DNA of 64,000 nucleotides from Candidatus Lambdaproteobacteria bacterium RIFOXYD2_FULL_50_16 (GCA_001783695.1 MFNE01000043.1:77062-141061), one strand, 5' to 3'. Numbered from the stretch's first letter, positions 10,034-20,135 are shown. Notes: generated from the sequence alone by a model not told the origin. A program made the numbers and translations.

Positions 10034-12751
10034 ATGGATTTAAAACAGTTGGGATTGCTCTTTTTGGGGTTGGGGTGGGCAGCCAGTTTGGCTGCTTTGC
10101 CGCTTGAACTGGACTCAGCCCAAGGTCTGGTGGAGGTGGAAGGGGCGGAGTTTTTTGAAGACGCTTCGGGAAGGCTTCAGGTCGAAGACCTAGACCTAAT
10201 TGATTTTAAAACCCCACCGGCGGCTCTAGTCACGCTTAGCCGCCGAACAAGCGAGGTGTCACCCCATCTGTGGGTCAGGTTGACCTTAAAAAACCTGGAG
10301 AACCAACAAGTCTCTTGGTTTGTTAATTTCAAAGACCCGATTGATAGTCCGGCCAAATTGTTTCAACTTGACCGTCTGGGCCAATATAACCAAACCAGCA
10401 GCCTGGGACAGGTGCCTTTTGCCAAAGACCAGGCGCTAGCTAGTCGCCCCTTTTTTTTAGTTTTGCTAGAGCCCAAGCAAACCCGCCAGTTGATGATTCG
10501 ACTGGTTTTGGAGCCCCGGTTTTACCAACAATCCCCGCGTTTTGAACTACTCACCCCCAAGGCCTGGGCCGAGGCCCGAGAATTGGGCCGGTTGGGTTTG
10601 GGGTTTTATTTAGGGATTGGCCTACTTTTGTTTTTGCTTTCCTTGATTGGCTGGCTTTGGTTAAAGGCCAAGGGATATGTTTATTACGCCTTGGCCATAT
10701 TGACCTTAGGCCTGGGGGAATGCTTTTGGACCGGTCAAGGACTGGATCTGATCAATGCCAACACCTTCCATCTTTACCCCGAACTCTGGGGGAATGTTTT
10801 TTTTATGGTGGGACTGTTTGCGCTGGGACTCTTTTGTTGGCGTGGGCTAGAGGTCAAAGGTGGTGAACGGGGCCGCGGGCTTTTGTTGCTTTTAGGGTTA
10901 CAATTTATCGCCTTGATTTTAGGGCCCGCCTATCATCTGTTGATTGATCCCAATTTCCAATGGATACCTATCCTAGTGGGCCTTAGTATCTTTGGTCTGG
11001 TTTTGGCCCTTTGGCGCGAGGGCCGCCGGGTGCAGGGGCTTTGGCCCTACATTGCGCCTTTGGGTTTGATTGGATTGGGATGGTTTTTAGGACTTTTACG
11101 TTGGCCTTTCGCCCCCTGGTTAATATTGGTGGCGCATGCTTGGGTTTTAGGCTTGTTTACGGTTCGCCTTTTTAACCGGCGAGAAGACCAGTTGATCCAT
11201 AAAATCAGATTGCTTGCCGAGGAAAATCGGCTACGGGACGAATACAACAATCGGCTTTTACAAAAACAACAGGCCCTAACAGCCGACCTCCTTTCGGCCC
11301 GTGCCCAAGCCGAAGAAGGGGCCCAAAGTAAGGGCGACCTCTTAGTCGCTTTGGCCAACCGGTTTTCAGTCCCGCTCACTAGGCTCCTTAATCAAAGCCG
11401 CCTCGCCCAATCCCAAAACGGTGGGCAGGCCCTTTTCGGGGTCGAACGAGAAGGCCAAGATTTACTTGCCCAACTAGGTGACCTCTTGGAATTCTCTAGG
11501 CTTTTAGGCCCCTTGCCTAAATATTTGGAAGCCTTTGACCCCAAGGCCGAATTAGAGCGGTGTATGGCCATGCATCAGGACGATTTGGAACGCCTGGGTA
11601 TCGTTGCCATTTTAGAAACATCAACGGGCATCCCACTTAAAGTGCGGCTTCCCAGAGGGCGGTTCGATCAGTTGGTATTAAGGCTTTTAGGAGAGGCTTT
11701 GGCCTTGACCGAAGGGGCCAGTCTGGAAGTCAACCTCGCCCTAGCTGGACCAGGGGAGCTGATTTTGTGTATCCAGCCAACTGGCCTTAAGTTAACCGAA
11801 GAAGAACTTGCCAGCCGCTTTGAACCCAGTCTTTCCAAAGCAGGCTTAGGGTTCTGTATTGCTAAAGGACTCGCTGAGGCCTTAGACGGGGAACTTTGGG
11901 TTCAAGACCAAATGGGGCTTAAGGTTTGTTGCCGTATCCCCTTTTTAGCGGGGCAGGCGGACCCTGGCCAACTTGGGCCTGACTTATGCGGGCAGGCTTG
12001 GTTGATTAGTGTCTCCAAATGGCGAGCCAAGCGATTAGGCGTGACCTTGCCCCGGTTGGGGGTATCTTTAGAATGGCTCGCCCCCGAACTGGCCTATGCT
12101 CGTCTAGCCCAAGGCGAGTGCCCGGACTGGATTCTACTAGACCAACTGATCCCTGACAGCAACCCGCCCTCTTGGATTAAAGGCCTTTCGGTTTTAGAGC
12201 TAGAGCGACCCCCCGCTTTGATCCAACTGAGCCAAAATCCTGAACTCATCGCCTTAGAGGCCGACGCCCTTGCCCAAGCCTTAAGTGCCAACACCCCGCC
12301 CCCAGGCCCTAGCCCAGAGCCCCAACGCGATTGGCCTCAAATGGCCGAGCGTTACCCAATGCGGGTGGTGGTCGCTGAAGACGATTTGGTTAGTCGTCTG
12401 CTGATCAAAACCGCTTTCGAAAAGTTAGGCTACCATCCACGAATCGCGGCCAACGGGAAAAAGCTTTTAGACCTACTCTTAAGCGACGACGCAGACTTGG
12501 TATTACTGGATATCCGTATGCCCGTGATGGACGGAATCGAGGCGGCCAAACGAATCCAGGAATTGTTCCCCAAGGCCCGCCGCCCGATTTTGGTCGCCTG
12601 TACCTCCAACGCCTTTTTGCCCGATTTGGAGCTTTACCGGTTGATTGGACTCGACGACCTCCTGGTCAAGCCGCTAATAGTCAACAATCTGGAGCGCCAA
12701 ATCGGCCAGTGGTATCAGAAGCTACTTTCCCGCAAGGGGGAAGATTTTTGA
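10034..12751 (+). CDS. 7TM-DISM (7TMR-DISMED2 + 7TM) hybrid sensor. It has a degenerate HisKA dimerization domain, an HATPase-like domain and a C-terminal REC receiver. Start moved to the internal Met that begins a signal peptide.
   Basis: Signal peptide MDLKQLGLLFLGLGWAASLAALP, periplasmic domain and 7 TM helices. H-box-equivalent region ALANRFSVPL (canonical SHELRTPL) has Asn (codon 11357..11359) at the phospho-His position. G-box-like AGLGFCIAKGLAEALDGELWV. REC domain with VLLDIRMPVMDG. The ORF-track start at 9920 would leave only 9 bp to the divergent polA start. Confidence 0.75.
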   Translation: MDLKQLGLLFLGLGWAASLAALPLELDSAQGLVEVEGAEFFEDASGRLQVEDLDLIDFKTPPAALVTLSRRTSEVSPHLWVRLTLKNLENQQVSWFVNFKDPIDSPAKLFQLDRLGQYNQTSSLGQVPFAKDQALASRPFFLVLLEPKQTRQLMIRLVLEPRFYQQSPRFELLTPKAWAEARELGRLGLGFYLGIGLLLFLLSLIGWLWLKAKGYVYYALAILTLGLGECFWTGQGLDLINANTFHLYPELWGNVFFMVGLFALGLFCWRGLEVKGGERGRGLLLLLGLQFIALILGPAYHLLIDPNFQWIPILVGLSIFGLVLALWREGRRVQGLWPYIAPLGLIGLGWFLGLLRWPFAPWLILVAHAWVLGLFTVRLFNRREDQLIHKIRLLAEENRLRDEYNNRLLQKQQALTADLLSARAQAEEGAQSKGDLLVALANRFSVPLTRLLNQSRLAQSQNGGQALFGVEREGQDLLAQLGDLLEFSRLLGPLPKYLEAFDPKAELERCMAMHQDDLERLGIVAILETSTGIPLKVRLPRGRFDQLVLRLLGEALALTEGASLEVNLALAGPGELILCIQPTGLKLTEEELASRFEPSLSKAGLGFCIAKGLAEALDGELWVQDQMGLKVCCRIPFLAGQADPGQLGPDLCGQAWLISVSKWRAKRLGVTLPRLGVSLEWLAPELAYARLAQGECPDWILLDQLIPDSNPPSWIKGLSVLELERPPALIQLSQNPELIALEADALAQALSANTPPPGPSPEPQRDWPQMAERYPMRVVVAEDDLVSRLLIKTAFEKLGYHPRIAANGKKLLDLLLSDDADLVLLDIRMPVMDGIEAAKRIQELFPKARRPILVACTSNAFLPDLELYRLIGLDDLLVKPLIVNNLERQIGQWYQKLLSRKGEDF

Positions 12752-12833
12752 CCGATTTTACCCAAGACCCCCCTTGCACTTTGGCCCAACATAAGATTTA
12801 ATCGTTCCAATAAACCCTATTGGTAGTGAACTT

Positions 12834-14072
12834 ATGAACTCAAAAACCCTCCTTTTGGGCCTGTCCTGCTTGGCGATTTTCGTCCAGGGCTGCGCCGCGC
12901 CGGAGACCTCTTTGTTTAGCGTACAAAGGCCCGCCAAGATTGGCATGGATCCGAAGCTAAAAAAGATCTTTATTGACCCCAAAATGATTGACGACTCCCA
13001 AGATGGTTGGGGGGCCAAGCCTTATGTAATCGAACAACTCAAGGCGGCGATTGAAGAAGGCGGGCGGTATGAGGTGATTATTGGACCAGTGACCGGGGTG
13101 GACCCTAACCGCGAACCAGTCGCCTTAATCCAAGGCAAGGTGACCAGCCGCGAGGATTCGGAAGTGGGCCAGTTCACTGATATTGCCACCTGCCAAGGTG
13201 GCCTAGCGGGCTTTGCGGCGGGCGCTTCGGCGATCGAATCAGACCAAGGGGTTACCGTTAGTCCTAGGGGGTTGTTGTGCCGCAGTGGCAACGATACCAA
13301 GGCGGCCCTGGTTTCGGCCGGGGTGGGCATGGCCATGTCCATGATTTCTGGCGAAGAGCAGGCTGTTGACCCTGTCGATTCTGTGGTGCGTATCTATAAA
13401 TATCGTAACCTAAGCCTTTATGCGCAGATCGACCTGACCTTGACCTATTGGGGGGAAGAACGAAAAACCGTGGCGCTCCGTTCGGACGGGACCAGCTATT
13501 CTAAACACCTTTCTGACAAAGCGATCAACGTCCATTCGGCCTATTCGCCAGAAATGTTGGGCGCTTTAATCGCCCCGGTGTTCCCCTTGATGATCCGCCC
13601 CTTGGCCCTGGTTGAGGCCAGTAATCCAGGTGACCCGACCGGCCAGTGGGCTACTAGGGTAACCCGCAACGCCGATTCGGTGCCCAGAGAAGAACGGGTA
13701 GAGATTGCCAAAAAGATGGTTAAACGGGCGCTGCGCCCCTTTGTGGAAACCGTTACCCCTTATCCAGCCCAGGTTCGCGCCGAAGTAGCCGGTTCGGGGG
13801 AGGTCAAGGATTTATTACTTAAAGGCGACTGGCAAAAAGCCCGCGGGATTTTAGAAGCAAAAGACAAAAAAGACGCTTCCGACCTATATAATCTTGGCCT
13901 GACCTATGAAGCCGGAGCGAGCTCCGAAGGCGACTACATCGAGGCCCGCCGGTTGTACCTTGAGGCCCTGGCCCAAGACGAATCGAACCGCATTTACGCC
14001 CAAGGCGTAGGCCGTATGGAACGCGCCCTAAACGAAGCCAAATTACTTAAAAAACAAGGAGCAAAGGGATGA
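12834..14072 (+). CDS. Lipoprotein, paralog 1 of a tandem triplet (412 aa), with a C-terminal TPR-like DLYNLGL.YEA motif
   Basis: Signal peptide plus lipobox FVQGC and the C-terminal DLYNLGLTYEAGA...ARRLYLEAL motif shared with the next two genes. Confidence 0.7.
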   Translation: MNSKTLLLGLSCLAIFVQGCAAPETSLFSVQRPAKIGMDPKLKKIFIDPKMIDDSQDGWGAKPYVIEQLKAAIEEGGRYEVIIGPVTGVDPNREPVALIQGKVTSREDSEVGQFTDIATCQGGLAGFAAGASAIESDQGVTVSPRGLLCRSGNDTKAALVSAGVGMAMSMISGEEQAVDPVDSVVRIYKYRNLSLYAQIDLTLTYWGEERKTVALRSDGTSYSKHLSDKAINVHSAYSPEMLGALIAPVFPLMIRPLALVEASNPGDPTGQWATRVTRNADSVPREERVEIAKKMVKRALRPFVETVTPYPAQVRAEVAGSGEVKDLLLKGDWQKARGILEAKDKKDASDLYNLGLTYEAGASSEGDYIEARRLYLEALAQDESNRIYAQGVGRMERALNEAKLLKKQGAKG

Positions 14073-15199
14073 AAAAGCTGCTGATACTGGCCTTTTTGGC
14101 CGTAAGCTTGGCCGCTTGCGCCCCCCAAGCTAAGTTAACCGTGCTACGCCCCGCCGAGGTGGACACCTCGGGGATTACCAAAGTCGCCGTTGGCCCCTTA
14201 GAGGTGGCTCAAATGCGGCTGGTGCGTTCAGTGGAGCGCAACGGGGTCTGGAAAGAGGAGGCCCTGCTTTTATCAGACACGCAAAAAAAATCACTGGCCC
14301 AACAAATCCGGGCCCAAGTGATTGGCCAACTAGCTAAAAGCCCTAGTTTCGAACTGGTCTATACCGACGAATTCGCCCAACTCGAAAACGATCAAAAGCT
14401 TCAAGATGTGATCGGCGCAGCCGGGTACAAGGTCAAAGAGGCCCAAGCGGTTATCAGTGGCAAGGTCTGGGTTGAGGTGGACCATGTTGATGGGTCCGAT
14501 ATATTAGAGCAGGACTTGAGCTTTATTTCGGGTGGGAAAGGTAGCATCAGTATTTCAGTAGAAAAATTGGTTTGGTGGCCCTATAAATCAATCCGGGGCA
14601 ATTTGACCTTGCAACTCAAAATGACCCAAATCCAGCCGACCCAGGTTTTGGTGGTTTCCAATGAGTCGCGCCGTTTTGCCCAACGCATTGGCGGGGCCCC
14701 TCTGGGCGGGTTTGATAAACTCAACCAAATAGCCTCCGATCTGACCGCCGGAGCGGGCGACGACGAGGACCGCTTTAACGTGGTACAGGGCGATCAGTTG
14801 GTCCTGCCCGGCTTTGAACAGCTTCTAGGCAGTCTAGCCGGTTCGATTACCACCGATTTTGCCCGCAAGGTCGCCATCACCGAAACCCAATTGGCGCTGC
14901 CAGTGGCAACTGGTGGAGACCCTAGAGGTAAACTTTTAGTCGAAGCCGGGGCTTATGAAATGGCCATCGACCATCTGCAAAAACTCACCGCCCAAGAGCC
15001 CAAGGATCAAGACCTTTATAATTTGGGGCTGGCCTTCGAGGCGTTAGGCGAAATTGGATTGGCACGAATTCAATACCGCCAAGCGTTTGAAAAAGACCAA
15101 GCGAATCCGCTATACGCGCTGGGATTGGGCCGATTGGAACGTAACGTCCGCGAACGCCCGGCGTTAAAAAAACAACTTTCTGCTAAAGAGGGCAAATGA
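14069..15199 (+). CDS. Lipoprotein, paralog 2 of the triplet (376 aa)
   Basis: Signal peptide plus lipobox LAAC; C-terminal DLYNLGLAFEALGEIGLARIQYRQAFEKD. Start overlaps the previous stop (ATGA). Confidence 0.7.
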   Translation: MKKLLILAFLAVSLAACAPQAKLTVLRPAEVDTSGITKVAVGPLEVAQMRLVRSVERNGVWKEEALLLSDTQKKSLAQQIRAQVIGQLAKSPSFELVYTDEFAQLENDQKLQDVIGAAGYKVKEAQAVISGKVWVEVDHVDGSDILEQDLSFISGGKGSISISVEKLVWWPYKSIRGNLTLQLKMTQIQPTQVLVVSNESRRFAQRIGGAPLGGFDKLNQIASDLTAGAGDDEDRFNVVQGDQLVLPGFEQLLGSLAGSITTDFARKVAITETQLALPVATGGDPRGKLLVEAGAYEMAIDHLQKLTAQEPKDQDLYNLGLAFEALGEIGLARIQYRQAFEKDQANPLYALGLGRLERNVRERPALKKQLSAKEGK

Positions 15200-16332
15200 G
15201 ACGGACCCTAATTTGGTTGACCGGCTTGGCACTCTTGACTGCCGGTTGTGGCCCAGATCTGACGATTTATTCGACCCGCCCCGGCGAACTGGGGATCGAG
15301 GGCATTGATAATTTAGTGGTGGGCGAATTCAAAGACCAGCTAGGAGCGCCGGTCACCCCTCCTGGCGACGGCGCTCCCTTTGTGGCCAACCGCCCGCTGG
15401 CTCTTTTAGTTAAGTCTGAGGTGGCCAAGGGTTTGTCCAAAAGTGGGGACTACCGGATTTTGCCTAGTTTGAATGTGGGCGAATTACAAGGCCGCCAGCC
15501 TGAATTGGCCAAAACTGCGGTCTTGAGTGCCGAAGTGCGTTACTATGAGCTCGACTACCGTGGTTATGATGATATTTTGTACGTCTTAATGGCCCGAAAC
15601 AATGGTAAAGACCTGATGGACAGCTTAGGCAACGCCGCCATCGGCGCGGGCATTGCCGCCGCCGCAGAGGCGGCAGGCAAAGGGTTTAAGGTCCCCACCC
15701 CATTGGTCGAGCGGGCCGGAGCCTTAGAGGTCACCTTTCATTTAACCAAGGCCAGCGATGGTTCTAAATTAGTGGAACCGGTCACCAAGTGGGCGTATTG
15801 GCACAAAAAATGGGGCGGAGACGAATCAAAAAGCCAATTGGACCCAGCCCTCGTCGAGGGATTTGAAAAAAAGGGTTTGGCTCAAGTAGGCTTTTCCGAC
15901 AAATTGGCCGACACCAAGGAGCGGGTGCAACTTAAGTACAGCAACCCCGATGAATACGTCGCTCTTGGGCTCCATCTGGCTGATTCGGAAAAGGTGCCAC
16001 TCTTGGATCTAGACATCGAAAACCTGCTCGCCCAAAGCGCCGCCCAGGACTATGTTAAGCTCATCGCCCGCCATCACGTCCCGGCCAAGTTGGACTTGGC
16101 TTCGGGCGACGCTGGCGCGGTCGCCTTGATCAAGGGTGGAGCCTATAACGAGGCGATCAACCGCCTAGAGGGCTTACCTAGCCCCTTGGCCGCTGCGGAC
16201 CTATACAATCTGGGCCTCGCCTACGAAGCGAACGGCGAATTCGCCCAAGCCCGCCGCAACTACCAAATGGGCCTAGATCAAGACCCCAACGCCTCCAGCT
16301 TTAAGGCGGCCATGGAGCGGGTTAAGCACTAA
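15196..16332 (+). CDS. Lipoprotein, paralog 3 of the triplet (378 aa)
   Basis: Signal peptide plus lipobox LTAGC; C-terminal DLYNLGLAYEANGEFAQARRNYQMGLDQD. Start overlaps the previous stop. Confidence 0.7.
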   Translation: MRRTLIWLTGLALLTAGCGPDLTIYSTRPGELGIEGIDNLVVGEFKDQLGAPVTPPGDGAPFVANRPLALLVKSEVAKGLSKSGDYRILPSLNVGELQGRQPELAKTAVLSAEVRYYELDYRGYDDILYVLMARNNGKDLMDSLGNAAIGAGIAAAAEAAGKGFKVPTPLVERAGALEVTFHLTKASDGSKLVEPVTKWAYWHKKWGGDESKSQLDPALVEGFEKKGLAQVGFSDKLADTKERVQLKYSNPDEYVALGLHLADSEKVPLLDLDIENLLAQSAAQDYVKLIARHHVPAKLDLASGDAGAVALIKGGAYNEAINRLEGLPSPLAAADLYNLGLAYEANGEFAQARRNYQMGLDQDPNASSFKAAMERVKH

Positions 16333-16517
16333 TAACCCCCCTAGGTCGCCAGGGTTTGGCGACCCGCTGGGTAGGATTAAAAAGGGGGGTATTGGGCTGT
16401 TAAAAGGTACCGCTCTTTTTTCTTGACTTGTGCCTCCGATAAGGTCCAAATTGGCTGCTTAACATTGCCACGCCATCCCGGCTGGGCCTGTCTATAAACC
16501 TCTATCCCCCGCAGTAC

Positions 16518-18293
16518 ATGACTACCCAAAATCTATCCAAACTCGACACCCAAGTCACCTTCCTAGAGGAAGATATTGATTTTGACGCCCTCATTGAGGC
16601 CGGTCTGGCCAATATGAATGAGGCCGAAATCGTTCACGGCAAGGTCACCAAGATCGGTAAAGACTTTGTTACGGTTGACTTTGGCTACAAGTCCGAAGGG
16701 CAAATCCCTCGGGCTGAATTTTTCGACCTAGAAGGCAACTTTGTGGCCACTTTAGGCGAAGACGTCGAGATTTACATCGAACGCTTTGAAGATGAAGACG
16801 GCCAAGTTGTGGTCTCTAAAGAAAAAGCGGTTAAACTGCGGGTTTGGGAAGACGTCGGCACTGTATTCGACAAAGAAGGCACCGTTTCGGGTATTATTAC
16901 GGCCCGCATCAAAGGTGGTCTCTCGGTTGATATCGGGATCAAGGCCTTTTTGCCGGGTTCACAAGTGGACCTGCGGCCAGTTCGCAACCTAGACAAATTG
17001 ATCGGCGAACGCTTCGATTTCAAAATCCTCAAGTACAACCCCAAGCGCGGCAACATCGTGCTTTCGCGGCGCGCCATTTTGGAAGCCGACCGCGCAGAAC
17101 AGCGCAAGAAGACTTTGGAACTGTTGACCGAAGGCGCTTTGATCAAAGGGCACGTCAAAAACATCACCGATTACGGTATCTTCGTGGACCTAGGCGGCGT
17201 CGATGGTTTATTGCACATCACCGACATGACCTGGGGCCGAATCGTTCACCCCTCGGAAATGTATGCCATTGGTGACGAGATCGAGGTTTTGGTACTCAAG
17301 TTTGACGAAAAAGAAGAAAAGGTCAGCCTTGGGCTCAAGCAAAAAAGCAAAAATCCCTGGGACCTGGTTGCCGAGCGTTACCCAGTGGGCACCGAAGTCG
17401 AAGGCAAGGTGGTCAGCTTAACCAACTACGGCGCCTTTATCGAGATCGAAGAAGGGGTCGAAGGTTTGATCCACGTTTCCGAAATGTCTTGGACCAAAAA
17501 GGTTCGCCAGCCCTCAAGCGTGGTTAACCTTGGCGAGAGCATCTCGGCGGTGATCAAGGAATTGGATGTTGAAAATCGCCGGATTAGCCTTTCGATGAAA
17601 GAAGCTATGTCCAACCCCTGGCGCGAAGTGGCTGAATCGCGGCCTACGGGCTCGATTGTTACGGGCACCGTCCGCAACATCACCGACTTCGGCGTCTTTG
17701 TTGGCCTCGACGAAGGGATCGACGGTTTGGTGCATGTTAGCGACATGAGCTGGTCTCAACGGCAGCGAAATCCCCACGACCTATACAAAAAAGGCGACGA
17801 GATCGAGGTTAAAATCCTCAATATCGACGTGGAGAATCAGCGGCTTAGCTTGGGTATTAAGCAGATGGAAGAAGATCCCTGGGAATCGATTGACGAATTT
17901 TTCCGCGATGGCGACATCGTTGTGGGCGAGGTAGTCCACCTAGCCGACTTTGGAGTTTTTGTAGAAATCAAAGATGGGGTCGAAGGCTTGATCCATGTGC
18001 AAGACATGGACAAAGAAGTGGCCAAGAAGTCGTTGGGTAAATTCTACCCCATTGGCAGCCATGTCGAAGCCCGGGTTTCGAGTATCAAAGCTGCCGAACG
18101 TAGGTTGGCCTTGAGCATTACTGGGTTGGTTTCAACTGAAGGCGCGGTCACTCCTGTAAGCGAATTGATGGACGAAGCCGCTCTTAAGGCTCATATCGAA
18201 GCCTACGGCCCACCGCCAGTCAAAAAAGTAACCATTGTTGAGTCGAGTGACAACGAAGGTGAAAACGCTGCTGAAGGTAACGAAGAAGCGTAA
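16518..18293 (+). CDS. rpsA: 30S ribosomal protein S1
   Basis: 591 aa with six tandem S1 domains (repeated G.V..I...G.FV.L.....GL.H.S..). Confidence 0.97.
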   Translation: MTTQNLSKLDTQVTFLEEDIDFDALIEAGLANMNEAEIVHGKVTKIGKDFVTVDFGYKSEGQIPRAEFFDLEGNFVATLGEDVEIYIERFEDEDGQVVVSKEKAVKLRVWEDVGTVFDKEGTVSGIITARIKGGLSVDIGIKAFLPGSQVDLRPVRNLDKLIGERFDFKILKYNPKRGNIVLSRRAILEADRAEQRKKTLELLTEGALIKGHVKNITDYGIFVDLGGVDGLLHITDMTWGRIVHPSEMYAIGDEIEVLVLKFDEKEEKVSLGLKQKSKNPWDLVAERYPVGTEVEGKVVSLTNYGAFIEIEEGVEGLIHVSEMSWTKKVRQPSSVVNLGESISAVIKELDVENRRISLSMKEAMSNPWREVAESRPTGSIVTGTVRNITDFGVFVGLDEGIDGLVHVSDMSWSQRQRNPHDLYKKGDEIEVKILNIDVENQRLSLGIKQMEEDPWESIDEFFRDGDIVVGEVVHLADFGVFVEIKDGVEGLIHVQDMDKEVAKKSLGKFYPIGSHVEARVSSIKAAERRLALSITGLVSTEGAVTPVSELMDEAALKAHIEAYGPPPVKKVTIVESSDNEGENAAEGNEEA

Positions 18294-18302
18294 TCCATCC
18301 TA

Positions 18303-18325
18303 GGACCGAGCTAGCCTCGGTCCTC
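18303..18325 (+). terminator. Perfect 9-bp stem / 5-nt loop hairpin (AGGACCGAG-CTAGC-CTCGGTCCT) 10 bp after the rpsA stop. No U-tract follows.
   Basis: Read directly from the sequence. Lies in the 492-bp non-coding gap downstream of rpsA. Confidence 0.45.
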
Positions 18326-18785
18326 TGGTCAAACCAAACCGGCCTTTACCGCTGGTTTGGTCCTTCCCCCCTAAAGATAAGCCTGCTGACTGGATTGTTT
18401 TTAGCCAAAGAAGCAAAACCGAGCCCTTGCAATTTTATTGCGGCGTCCTGCTATCGGGACCCATTGGTTAGTACCAAAAACGTACCTATTAGACTTTACT
18501 GATTTGATTGGTCTGACCAGGACCCCTTTTTTTTAAACAGAAAACCCTTGTCTGATACCCTTTGAGCCTAGTCCGTGTATATTTGGCTAGGTTTGCCTGG
18601 GTCATAAACTATTTTAAGGTGGACCGTTCTGGGGGCCCAGGTGCCCGCTTCTCGCTTGGCCAAGCAAAAAAATACCTTCCCCCCAATCAAACAAAACCGA
18701 TGATTTTCAGACAAAGACGCGGTAACCTGACTTTATCGTCGGTCCACCGCCAGCCCAAGTTTAATTAAACTATCCCCAACATTCC

Positions 18786-19973
18786 ATGCCCAAGACTGTT
18801 GCCTTGACTCTGCCCACCCAGCCCGATTTAGTCCAAGCTCCCCCGCTCCCCTCTGTCCCAACCCTTTTTGAGGGCTTATGCACTTGTTGGGGGCGGAAAA
18901 GTTGGTTGGTGTTGACGTTGCTGATTTTTGGGGGGAGTCTGCCGGCATTGGCTTATCCCACTGATTGGGTTCAGGTTGCTCAAGCGGAAGCGCCAGTTGA
19001 AGCGGTTTCAACAGAGGAGAACCCGGCCCTGGAACCGACCAGTGAGGAGCAAGCGATTACTCCTGCAGCAGAAAATGCGGAATCCGGGGCCATGGCTATT
19101 GAACCAGTTGAGCCTGAGTCCTCCCAAGGGGTCGAGTTACAAGCTGACCCAGCCCCAGGGGCCGAAAGTGAGCCCACCTTAGAGGCAGAACCATCAACCA
19201 CCCCTGACGCTACTGATGAGGCGAGCAATCCAGAGCTGCCCAATTCAGCACCAGAGTCAGATCCCGAAGCTGAAGAGGCAACTTCAGAAGAATTTGTCGA
19301 TGACCCCGCCCAAGCCCAAGTGATAGCCACTCTGCCCCAGAGGTTAGGTATTATCTATTATGATCAAAGCATTAAAACCAACTACCCAGATCCTTTAAAA
19401 GCCTTCACTGCCCCTCGCGAACAAGCGGTATTTGCTGCCGCCGAAGACCCAGACGGGCGGATGAGCCTTACCTTTATCAATTGCCATGGCTTTTTGCAGG
19501 CTCGCCAAGCAGGGATGAATCCCCAAACAGCGCTGGACCAACAGGTCTTAAGCGCCTATGGCGACTGCCTTTTGCTTTGGGCGTTAAGCCGGGCCAAAGC
19601 CCCTGAGGTGGGGTTGCCTGATCTGCACTTAGGTGAGTTTCTTTTAAAAGACTTAGATGTCAGCCCCTTGCCTCGCTTTCATGCAGCTGGATTGGACCAT
19701 TTAGAGCAGTGGGCCCAAGAGACCGGCGGATCCGCTAAAAGCCACGCCGAGGGCCTAGAACTGGCTTCAGGGGAGCAAAAATTTGCACTTCGCCTATTAG
19801 TAAATGCCGACTTCACCGGAGATGGTCGGGCCGACCTTTTGGCTGAAGCCCAGTGGCCCGATGGTGGTCGTGAATATTGGCTAATCGAGTTTCACGAACC
19901 CTTACCCCAGGGCCCTCCAACCCCCCACCGACTCTGGCCTTTAGCCGAATTCGAAGCCCAGAACTCCCGTTAG
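18786..19973 (+). CDS. Hypothetical membrane-anchored protein with a ~130-aa acidic Glu/Pro/Ala-rich low-complexity linker and a C-terminal globular domain
   Basis: N-terminal TM segment (SWLVLTLLIFGGSLPALA) followed by a linker with PE/EA repeats. Confidence 0.5.
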   Translation: MPKTVALTLPTQPDLVQAPPLPSVPTLFEGLCTCWGRKSWLVLTLLIFGGSLPALAYPTDWVQVAQAEAPVEAVSTEENPALEPTSEEQAITPAAENAESGAMAIEPVEPESSQGVELQADPAPGAESEPTLEAEPSTTPDATDEASNPELPNSAPESDPEAEEATSEEFVDDPAQAQVIATLPQRLGIIYYDQSIKTNYPDPLKAFTAPREQAVFAAAEDPDGRMSLTFINCHGFLQARQAGMNPQTALDQQVLSAYGDCLLLWALSRAKAPEVGLPDLHLGEFLLKDLDVSPLPRFHAAGLDHLEQWAQETGGSAKSHAEGLELASGEQKFALRLLVNADFTGDGRADLLAEAQWPDGGREYWLIEFHEPLPQGPPTPHRLWPLAEFEAQNSR

Positions 19974-20135
19974 GATAAAAGCCAAAGAAAGCCCAAGGGA
20001 TTCAGGCTATTACATTGAAGGCAGGGGGTAGGCTAAAAGGGTAATATTTTCTATTTAAACAACCAGTGGGCGCGGATTAAGTAGGGGATGTTGAGACTTT
20101 TATAGCAAAGGCAGAAGCTAGGCTTTTAAAAAAGG

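Noticed and set aside
18654-18665. Palindrome GCTTGGCCAAGC followed by A7 as a terminator
   Set aside because: Zero-length loop, a following A-run rather than a U-run on the + strand, and a preceding T-run on the minus strand. The geometry is wrong for an intrinsic terminator on either strand.
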